20,000 bases of DNA from Vicugna vicugna (GCA_013265495.1 MU057555.1:48816-68815), one strand, 5' to 3'. Positions 10,429-20,000 are shown, counted from the stretch's first letter. The notes: generated by a model not told the origin, from the sequence alone. A program made the numbers and translations.

Positions 10429-11720
10429 TCTCTTGCTTTCTTTTTTTTTTTTTAAGCCAATGACAAATTTTGTCAAAGGGAAGAGACAAATCTGGGTTGA
10501 GAGGCCCAAGGTAGACCCGACGCATGAAGGACAGGAGAGGCGGAGGGTGGGCGGCGTGCCGTCTGCGGGTCTGTGGGCAGGGGTGGCAGCGCTTCGGGCG
10601 CTCTGGGGGCTGGCAGGCCGTGGGCCAGGACTTCGGGACAGCGGCGGAAGGGGTGGCCCATCTCACCACTTTGCTCCGTCTCGCACTCTCTGTCTCACCT
10701 TCTTTTTCATGGTTTGAGTTCTTTTCCCCTCTCCATCCTCTTCATGCCATCTTCTCATTTGCATTCGCCATAAGACACGAAGTCATGGTCATGGTCATCG
10801 GAGGTGGGCAGGGTGGGAGAGGGGGAGCCAGGCCGCGGGCTGGCTGGGGGGCACTTATGGACAGAATGTGGAGCATGGGCTTCCTGGGGTGTATCTGGTG
10901 CAGGGAGGGGTGTGGGGGGACTCCCAGTTAGCCTGTGACACTCCTTGTCTCCTCTGGGGGCATCCTCCCTCCTGGGGGTACAGGGCCAGTCCCCTCCCGT
11001 AGGGCTCCAGCCAGATAACCCGAGAGGAGCTCATGGGTATTTGGCCCATTTGCCTCTCAGGCTCCAGAACAGCTGCCCTCTGTGCCCAAGCCCCAGGGCT
11101 CTGGTAGGCCCTCCAGCCTCCTCCTCTTCTTGCATCTTGGCCCATCTCAGGCCTTGGGGACCACAGGACCATGGGACCTAGTTCATCCATCAGAGAAGGA
11201 GAATGTCTGTCAGGCCTGAACCTTGCCACCCCTGGGTCTGAACCAGCAGCCAGCTCCTAGACCCCTCTCTGACACTGTTCCACCCAGCTCAGCCCTCCGT
11301 TGGGACCCTTCAAGTTTCCTGAGCCACCAGCCCAGTCAGGGTGGTAAGTGGTGCAGCACCCAACTAACCACCCCATTTGCAGAGGTAGTGGCCCAGCTGA
11401 GATGGCCTTCCCCAGACAGGGTGAGGCCTGTCTGCCAGAGCTTCCACACTCCCGGGCTCCCTCTTCTCCAGACCCAAGAGGCCAGTAGGCAAGCAAAGAT
11501 ACCTGCTGTGGGTGCTCTGGAAGGAGGGCGATCCCTTGCCCTGTCTAGTGCCTGTTTAGGGGACAGAACTAGGTCCATGGGACCTAAGCTAAAGCCTCCA
11601 GGGCCATGAAAGAGGATCCCTGGCTGAGGTGGAGTGCCAGGGGTAGGGGACAGTGTCTGCTCCTGGCCAGTGAGAGGATGAGGGGGCCCCTCCGGCCTGT
11701 CCTTCCCACTGCCAGCCTAA

Positions 11721-11929
<209 letters not shown>

Positions 11930-14544
11930 GTAGGAGGCCCTGCCCACCAAGTGGATGCAGGCAGGGGTGGGGGCATCATGGTGTTAGGGAAGAGGCCGGA
12001 ATCCTTGGGGCCAATCCGGGAGAACGGGCTGGGGCAGGGCTCGAGGGCTCAGGCTTCTGCGCGCCCAGCTGAGCCTGCCTCCCCAGGCAGCCTCTAGACC
12101 CCCTGGCTAATCAGCTAATTGGATAATTAGCTCTGACAGCCCTGGCCCTGGGGAAGGCGGCCAAGGACCCAAGGCCAGAGGCGCTCTGGGCCAGGCCTGG
12201 TAGAAGCAAAGATGGAAGTGGGAGGCTCCATCAAGTGGAGGACAGGGTCTGCCCTGTTGCTTTCTTCCTGCTCCGGCTGTACACCCTGGCCCCTGGCCCT
12301 CCTCACTTCCCGGTTTTGGGTGGGCTGGGCAAGGGTGGAGGAGGGACAAAGGCGGGCTGGTGGGCCACATGCCCAGAGGCTCTGGCACTGAGGGTAAGGC
12401 AGGGCCTGAAGCCATCCTGGAGGCACCTCCCCCAAGTCCCATGAATCCTGTTAGAGGGGAGACCAGGCTGGAGCCCCCATTTCTCACAAGGAAACACTCC
12501 CCGCCAACCCTCCTGTTGGAGGCCCCGGGACCCGGCTTTGCACTGGCATCTTTGCACACACACATGCATGCAGGCCCTCTCCTCCCTGTGCCTGTCCCCA
12601 AGAGGCTGGGAATAGCCTGCAGAGACCAGGGCCCTCAGGGCACAGGGAGGACCAGCTGCAGGAGCAGGGCAGAGAGGATTGAGAGGGGAACACGCAAATA
12701 TCTTTTTCTTTTGCACATTTTACGAGAACACTGCCCTGTGAGCCCAGGGCCTTAGAGGCTTCCTCAGCCCTAGGGCCACCTCCTTCAGCTCCTGCTCCCT
12801 CTCTGCTCTGAGGCCCAAGTCCAGAGAAAGTTGGTGGATGGAAGTTTTGTGTGTGTGGTTTAAGATTTTATTTTTTTCCCTTTTCCTTTCCCTCCCTTAA
12901 AAAAAAAAAGCCTAAAAACTTTGTCAAACTTCAAACTTCAGAGCTCCCTAGTGGCAAGGAGGGGAGGGGAGGAGAACTTCAGCCCCTCCAGCTTCCCACC
13001 CCCTTTCCCCAGAGTCACGTCTGACCCGTCTGGTTTCCAGGAGCAACCAGACATGATGTAACACCCAGATGAACTTGAACTTGGGGGTGTTGAGAAGAAA
13101 AACAATGGCTCTGAGCAGGGGCTGGAGCCAGCCCCCTCCGCTCTGTGCCAGGGAGGCCGAGAGAGCCCTGCTGGCAGAGGGCAGGAGGGGGTGCCAGAGG
13201 AAGGGACAGCAGGCGGGCCTCCCCTCTTGGCTCTGGGCTGGCACCAGGCGGCAGGGCTCCATTGCTCCCGCCTGCCCACCCTCCCTCCCGCTATCCGCCC
13301 TGCAGCTCTGACTGTATTCGATTGCTCATGCTCACTCTCGGGGACCACTGCCACAAGCCCTCCCCGTTCACCCCATTTCCGCCTCTGCATGCTTTCCCTT
13401 CTTCACTTTCTCTGCTCACTTTGCTTGGATGTCCGGGCCAACTCAGAGTTTGAGGCAAGTTTGGGAAATAGTTTTTCTTCCCCTTGTTTCTACCAGGGGC
13501 CTTGGGCCTGGGCCCTGAGCAGGCAGGTGTGTCTGGGGATGGGGGGTGGAGGGGCTGGAGTCGGACAAGCTAAGCAGGGAGCCCTTGGGCCTGGGGGCAG
13601 GCAGGCGGCTGCAGCGGGCGCAGGGGGTACAGTGGGGGGCGGTTTCCACAGTAACCAGTGACTTTAGCTGATCTCTGGAGCACCAGATGGAGAGAGAACA
13701 ATAGAATGAGGGAAGAAAAGAGAATTTTAGCAATTTTGTCATTCCCTGGGCAGCGCTTTTTACTTAGTTTTAATCAATTTTGGACCTGGCTCAGGAAGCA
13801 GGGAGGGGTGAGCAGAAAAAGCCACTCCGTGCTTGGCAGCAGATCTCCTGTTTCTGGGACCCATGGGGAGGCACCAGGGAGTCCTGTTGGAGCTGTCTTT
13901 GTCCCTAACTCCAGGCCTGGAACTGGAGTCTTCCTCCTCTGAGGGGGGCCCCCTCAATCTGAGCACTGGTGGTTGTCCCCCTGCCACCATGCAGCTCAGG
14001 AGACCCCCAAAGGGGCTAGCCTGGGGCCTTGGCATGATCTGCAGACCCTCCCTGTCCAGTTGTCCCTAGCCTCTTTTCCCTCACAGGAAAGGGGAGGGGC
14101 AGGCTCACAGCCAGGCTGATGGTGTCGGGGTCCCCCATGTGGTCTCCCCTTGGGAAAGGGGTGCCAGAGAACACTAACACCCAAGCCTGCAGGGACAGGG
14201 GGCTCACCCAGGCAGCTCCCCACCTCCTCGGGCCAGGACCGAAGCCCAGGAGCTGGTTGCTGAGCCATCCCTCCCCCGTCCATTCTGGGAATGCTGCATA
14301 CCTGGGTTTCCCCCACACCTTGCTAGGCCCCCATTAGCCTCCGTTTCGCCTTTAATCAGTTGATGGGGTTGGACTTTGGGCAGGTGTTCCGGGAGCTCCA
14401 CTACAAGAGGGCAGGTCTCCTCCGTGCACGTTGTCCAGCACATAGCAGGAAGTGTAGCATCTCTCTGCCCGCCTGGTAAATGCTAGCAGTGCCCCCGGTC
14501 ATTTTGGCAACCCCAAACCCCCACGTTTCCCAGTGCCCTCCATC

Positions 14545-14740
14545 TGCAGTATCCAGTGGGGTAGCCGCTGGCCACATGTGACTGTTTAAATTAAATAACT
14601 AACTAGAGAAAAATTTAGTCTCTGGGTCACACTAGCCACATTTCGAGTGCTTCGAAGCTGTGCATCATTGCTAGTAGTTACTGCGCTGGACACACTGGAC
14701 AGCACAAACAGAGAACATTTCCACTGTCACGGGAAGTTTT
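14545..14740 (-). mobile_element. MER3 (hAT-Charlie MITE)
   Basis: ggtagccgctggccacatgtgactgtttaaatt...gtcacactagccacatttcgagtgct...ggacagcacaaacagagaacatttccactgtcacgggaagtt. Confidence 0.8.
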
Positions 14741-14761
14741 AGATGATCTCCAAGACCCTCT

Positions 14762-14907
14762 CTTTCTTTTTTTTCCCCAGTTTTACTGCGATATAATTGA
14801 CATAAAATATTGTATAAATCTAAGGTGTACAACATAATGATTTGACTTACGTACATCACAAAATGATGACCACAATAGGTTTAGTGAACATCTGTCATCT
14901 TATATAA
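14762..14907 (-). mobile_element. 5'-truncated LINE-1 3' end (L1M-type)
   Basis: T-rich tail, then gatataattgacataaaatattgtataaatctaaggtgtacaacataatgatttga. Flanked by ccaagaccct (14750-14759) and ccaaggccct (14908-14917). Confidence 0.8.
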
Positions 14908-14964
14908 CCAAGGCCCTTTCTGACTCTAAAACTCAGTGTCTCCGTCTCCAAGTAGACGATGGCC

Positions 14965-15140
14965 TGCAGTCCCAAACCAGATCCTGAGGGGCAGGTCTGC
15001 CCTGCAGGCATAATCTGTGTGACCAAAACAAGTGTTTTAAATATTGGAAAATTTCACATGAAATTCTGTCTAGACTTTCTGCTTCTTTTGAAAAGTTGGC
15101 TGGTCTGGCCACGCTAGGCCCTCACCAGATGTGGCAGCCT
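14965..15140 (+). mobile_element. MER102/Charlie8-like fragment
   Basis: gtgttttaaatattggaaaatttcacatgaaatt...ttctgcttcttttgaaaag...tctggccacgctaggccc. Confidence 0.55.
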
Positions 15141-15204
15141 TGGCCCTAGGCAGGGTGCGGGTGTCCTGGCCACCACAGACCCTGCCTCCTTGTGAACACG
15201 CCAC

Positions 15205-15365
15205 ACGTAGCAGTTAGGAGCATCAATTCTGAGCTGCCCCCTTCGTTGGAGTCCCAACTTGGCCATGTGGGCTGTGTGGCCTTGGGTAGATCAGCTGCCC
15301 TCTCTTCACCGGGCTTCTGTGCAGGGTTGGAGAGAGGATATAATGAGTACCTGGTGCACCCTCTG
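15205..15365 (+). mobile_element. Degenerate MIR SINE
   Basis: gtagcagttaggagcatcaattctgagc...gtcccaacttggcc...gctgtgtggccttgggtagatca. Confidence 0.5.
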
Positions 15366-15653
15366 TAGTTAGCTCTGCCTGGCGTCTGCAGATCTGAGTC
15401 TGTGACCCAGAGCCTGGGAGAGGCCCTGAGATGCATTTTCAGGGACCATCCCCCCATTTTGCCTCAAGGGAACCACCAGGCATACCCAGGCACTGCAGAC
15501 CATAGAGGAGGAAACCTCCCCCTTGGCCACGAGGTGGGGCCAGAGCCGTTTGTGAAGGGCACTGCCAGGCAGCCCAGTCCTGGAGCGGAGAGGGGGCGTC
15601 CACCCTTGGTGTGTTTTGTGCTGAGTGGCTGCCAGAGCCCGTTTGTAGGAAGG

Positions 15654-15672
15654 TGGCGCCCCCTGCTGGCAC
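15654..15672 (-). promoter_or_regulatory. CTCF consensus site
   Basis: Reverse complement GTGCCAGCAGGGGGCGCCA fits the core CCASYAGRKGGCRS without mismatch. Confidence 0.7.
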
Positions 15673-16329
15673 CCTGAGGGAAGTGATGTCCACCCCAGGG
15701 AGCCTCAGGACTTTCCTCAGGGCCTGGTGCAGGGGAGGGTATAGAAGATCAAGCCTGGTGGGCTACTGGTCTCTTCCCCCAGGCTTACTAGCCATGTGGT
15801 ACCCACCCCCCTCAGCTTTTCAGCCTGTGGGACCTTAGCTGAGGTATGCAAATGGGAATTTCTGCTTTTAATCCAAAGAGACAGAAAGAAAACTCAGCAA
15901 GAAGCTGGGCTACCCCCACCCCACTCCCCAAACCCCTTTGGGGACAAAAGCTCTAGCCTGGCATCCTCCTCCACCCTCCAGGACCCACACAAAAACCTAA
16001 ACAATTGGGAACATGGCCAGATCCTAGGTCTGTGCCTATGCCAGTGCCAGCCACGGGGGTCCCACCCGCTGGGCATAGTGCCCACGGGAAGGCCAGCTGG
16101 ACCGTAGCACTGGGAGGCAGGGCATCCTGGGGGGACAGAATTCCCATAGGAGGGACGGACAGAATAAGGATGTATGTACCTCTGCATGAGGTGTTGGTGT
16201 CCTTGGCTCTGCTGGAGCTGGGCCCTCCAGGGACCTCGGAAACCCGCCAGGAGTCACAGGGCCATGTGGGAGTGAGAAGGGACCTGCCCCTGCTGTTCTC
16301 AGTAGTGCCTCTTTTTTGTTTTATTTCAG

Positions 16330-16344
16330 TCCTGGTTCCTCTGA
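16330..16344 (+). CDS. NFIX: NFIX last exon (exon 11 equivalent), coding part SWFL*
   Basis: Strong acceptor cttttttgttttatttcag|TCC TGG TTC CTC TGA, followed by a second in-frame stop TAA. SWFL is the NFIX form of the NFI-family SW(Y/F)L(G) C-terminus. Confidence 0.95.
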   Translation, partial: SWFL

Positions 16345-18926
16345 TAAGATCGACAAAAGAAATGACAAAATGAAAAGAAGAGGTTCCTCAAACGGGGGGA
16401 GAAGAAATTTTGAGACATGGAAAAATCCCCCAGCCCAGCCCAGCCCCACCGAAAAGCAAAAATTAGACGTCGTCAGCCACTCAGCCCTTCTCTCCTCCAG
16501 CCCGGGGACCCCTGCAGGCCCCCAGAAGCAGCCCAGTTCTCGGAGAGCCCTCAGAAGAGGTCTCAGTGGAGCTGTGCACCAGCAGCCAAGCAGAAAGAAA
16601 CATGCAAAACGGACTCTGTCAAGTAGAGGACAGAAAGAAAGGATGCAGAACTGCCTTCCTCCCCCCACATCCCGTCCTGGCCTTCTGGGGAAGGAACAAA
16701 ATCCCCAAACAAAGCAACCAGCACAATTCTGAAGGGGCCTGCCCCCACCCTCACCCTTCCTAGGGGAACCCCACCCTCGAGTAGGGCCAGAGCTTCACTA
16801 GGAAGCTCTGAGGACCAGCTTGTAAAGATGATGGGGGTGCAGATCCAGAGGGCTGTCCTCTCCAGACTCCACCCCTCCCTCCCTCACTGCCTTTGCCACT
16901 GGCTTCTTCCCCCAGCTGCTCTGTTCTGGGTGAGGCAGGGTGGCCTTGATGTCCCCCGGCCCCACTCTTGAGCTAGAACCCCCACCTCCCCGTGGACAGG
17001 GGGTTCTCCTGGAGCTAGTTTTGTGCTCCTGGAATGGAGAGTTTTCTACCACCCAACCCTGAACTGCAGGGGCAGTTCCTGGGGCCCCAGATCCCTCTGT
17101 ACAGTCCATAGGAAAAAGTCTGGATGCTCTCGATGGCCCATCCCAGCCTGGGACAGGACCCATCTTCCCTCTCTCCTGAGGCAGGCCAGGAAGGTCTCCC
17201 CCCTGCCATGCCACAAGTGAGGGGAGGCGGGCCCCAGGTCGACCCCACACCCCAGCCCCGCATGCAGGTGCCCTCGCTCCGCCCCATCGGTCCCTGCCCC
17301 TGCCCCTCATGCAGACAGCCCTGCTGTGGCCGGGCCCGGAGAGTGGAGCAGAAAGGGGACCCCGGAGCCGAGCGAGGAGGACGAGGCAGTCGCCGCTGCC
17401 ATCCGCTAAACTGCCACCTGCGCTAGGTAGGCGTCCTACTCGCCGACTTTCAGTTCCTTTGGAGGGTATTGGGTGTCGTCCTTTTTCAAAAGTGTTTTGG
17501 AGCTTTCTCTGCGCCCCCACCACTTTCCCCACCAAACCACCCTATGGCCACTTCTCTCTGGATTTCAGCTGTAATGTCTTTACTCTTTATTTAGGGGTGG
17601 GGCATTCATTGTTTAGGTCTTTTGCTGTTGCAATTGGGAACTCCTCCATTTGAGCAACTTGGGAACAATTTGATAACACACCACAGGAAGTAGCTCTCTC
17701 CTCTGCCCCTGCAGCCCCCTCCTCCCCCAAGGGATGGTTGGGGCCTGTCCAGAGGGTCTTCAGAAGCCCCCCTGGGAGGGAGGGGAGCAAGAGCACACCC
17801 AGCCCCTGTCCAGGGTGTGACTTGGCCCCTCTGGCTTGTCTTTCTGTGCCTTACTCCCTGATCCCTGCATCTCCCTCCTTGGCCCCCTACTGGAGTCCTT
17901 GTGCCTCTCTCTCTTTCTCTCTCCTTAACTGTATGAAAACACAAAGCACAGGTCGGGATCCTCTGAAAGTCAATCAACCCAACATTGCACCACATAGGGG
18001 TGGGGTATGGGCTTTATTTATTGTGAATCTAGTTTGTGAGGCTGTGGCCCCAAGCACAGGGAAGGAAGGAGAGGAGGGAGGTGGCTGGGGAGAGGAGGGC
18101 CCTTACCTGGGGCAAAAGGGGCCAGCAAGAGGTGCCTCCTCCCCAGCTGGAAGCCACAAGATGGCTGGCCCCAGGGGTGGCTTTTGTTGGAAGTTGAGCG
18201 AAGCCCTCCCCTATCTGTGTGCAGCCCTCCGGGAGGACCGGGTCTGAGAAGCAGGGGTAGGGGATCCCACGGGAGCCTGGGGGGTCGTGGGGAGTAGGGC
18301 AGGGGGGTGGGGGGCCGGGTGGGCCGGGCGTGACGCGCGGTCAAAGTGCAATGATTTTTCAGTTTGGTTGGCTAAACAGGGTCAGAGCTGAGAGGGGAGC
18401 AGAAGAGACCCCCCCTGCCCCCCTGCCCGGCCGCTCGCACCCTTTCCCTCGAAGACAATCGGGGCCGCGGGCGCGGTGGGCCGGGGGTGGTGGGGGCAGG
18501 GGTCTGCGGGGCACCCGCCCAGGCGAGGTCGGAAGCTGCAGGCCAGCTGGGCCGGGGCGGGAGCGCGCCCGGCAGGGCTGCCCGGGTGGGCATGGGGGTG
18601 GGGGGCCGCTCCTTTCCCAAGTGTCGTCGTGAGGGGCAGGCGAGGGGCGATGAGGGCGACAGGAGATGTGGGGACGTATTAGATGAGAAAAAAACCCACA
18701 AAAAATATATATGGGGGAAATGAACTTTTTTTTTTTCATTGAACCAAGTGCAATGCATCAGAGAGTTTTCCTATCTTTGTATGTTAAGAGATTAAGAAAA
18801 AAATTTCTATTTTTGTTGTAATGTCCTCGCGGCTCTGGGGACGCTAAAAGAACCGGGCCTGCCCTGCCCTGCGCGGGGATAACGAAAGCTGAGTGTTTTT
18901 TCCTTTTTTTTTTTTTTGTTCGTTTT

Positions 18927-18952
18927 NNNNNNNNNNNNNNNNNNNNNNNNNN
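18927..18952. other. Assembly gap (26 N) in a T-rich UTR tract
   Basis: Run of N. Confidence 0.99.
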
Positions 18953-19941
18953 TTTTCCTGCGTTGACGAGGATGATCTGGGGTTTTTATTTGTTTCGTCG
19001 TTTGTTCTCGGTTTCGGTGGGAGGGCTGAAGGAAACGTTCACATTTTAGGATTTTAAAAAAAACACCTCGACATTAAAAAATCAACACAAGTTCAAAAAG
19101 GAAAAGGACGAGAGAAAATTATTTTAAAGATAATTCAACATAAAAACCCTGGTGCTTCTTACATTATAAAGTACGTTTTAAAAAACCCACAAACTATTAT
19201 ACATAAGTTTATGAATCAATTAAATATCCTGCACTTGTTAGGAACACGCATATCCCTTCTTTGTTGAGTTTAACGGAACGGGACAGCGGCGTGCGCCCGG
19301 CGGCGGGCTGCTCTGGCCGCGGGTCTCCCCGGGCGCCCTTCCCTGGGGCCCAGCGCCCCCACCTCGCCCCATCCCCGTCCGGGTACCGGGGCGCGGCGGC
19401 GGGTCCCCAGCCCCTCCCCCGCAGAGGTCAATGCCAACGAACAAACGTCCCCTCCCTCCCTCTCCGCCCCGAGCGTCCTTCTTTGAGCCAGACGCCAACT
19501 TGACCCTCACCAGCATTATCAGAAGCGCGCTCAGCAAGTTGGTAGTTTCCTCCCCCACCCCCTTCCCTGGCGCCCACGACTCAACATCACTCCTCCCACC
19601 CCACCCCACCCCCGTCACCCTCCGGGGAGCACGGGGAAGGCTCGACGCTCCAGGACAGGACCAGCCAAGTTGACAGGTCGATTCGCCCAGGCCCGCGCCC
19701 ACACGCACGCACACACACGGCCCCGCACACAGCCCCATCCCACCCTGCAACCAACCCCGTCGACTGCCTTACACACCCGCCCCCGCGCTGGCCGGCCGAC
19801 CTAGTGCCTTGTTCTCACCCCCGTGCTGGCGGAGCGGACGCCGCGCTCTGGGTCCCAGAGGGGCCGGGTGGCTCAGACGACCCACCACTTACCCACCCCG
19901 ACCGTGCTGAACGGACCCCCCCACACACACACACGAGAGAA

Positions 19942-19958
19942 AATAAAGGAGCAATAAA
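19942..19958 (+). terminator. Tandem AATAAA hexamers, candidate (possibly proximal) polyadenylation signals
   Basis: AATAAA at 19942-19947 and 19953-19958. No clear GU/U-rich downstream element before the window ends, so the main site may be further 3'. Confidence 0.4.
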
Positions 19959-20000
19959 GTCACGAGAACTTTCGTCCCCTAATCGAGAGCCCGGAGCCCG

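Larger units (their letters stand above)
16345..20000 (+). other. NFIX: NFIX long 3' UTR, probably continuing past the window
   Basis: Follows the stop codon. No interspersed repeats were recognised. GC/CpG-rich and AU-rich blocks alternate, and there are several miRNA seed matches. Confidence 0.85.

Noticed and set aside
10146..10669. ORFs spanning the N gap
   Set aside because: They stay open only because Ns hide any stops.
12360..12376. TGGGC-N5-GCCCA palindrome as an NFI autoregulatory site
   Set aside because: Does not match TTGGC-N5-GCCAA; no full NFI site was noticed in a by-eye scan, which was not exhaustive.
16798..17535. 245-aa antisense ORF in the 3' UTR
   Set aside because: G/R/P-rich product typical of GC-rich antisense frames; no homology to LYL1 or any protein I recognise.

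Overview
Mammalian genomic DNA, probably camelid (it carries a Vic-1-like tRNA-derived SINE), containing the 3' half of the transcription factor gene NFIX on the + strand. Five coding exons, matching human exons 7-11 as I recall the numbering, lie at 1638-1760, 3903-4078, 9547-9694, 11838-11929 and 16330-16344. All have canonical AG/GT boundaries, and a long GC-rich 3' UTR runs to the window edge. Introns hold old hAT MITEs (MER20 x2, MER5A, MER3, MER96B-like, MER102-like, Charlie-like), MIRs, an L1 3' fragment and the SINE. Nearly all ORFs in the supplied track are spurious. The most interesting signals concern C-terminal splicing: a dual-frame exon 10; candidate unannotated small exons (54, 30 and 8 nt) beside dense YCAY/NOVA clusters; an open exon 9 read-through with an intronic poly(A) signal; and a 133-codon basic alternative frame in the last exon. 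There is also an E-box/GATA/RUNX enhancer-like cluster and a strong CTCF motif. Gene, repeat and motif names come from recalled sequences, not database searches. Two assembly gaps (10317-10428, 18927-18952) limit what can be seen.
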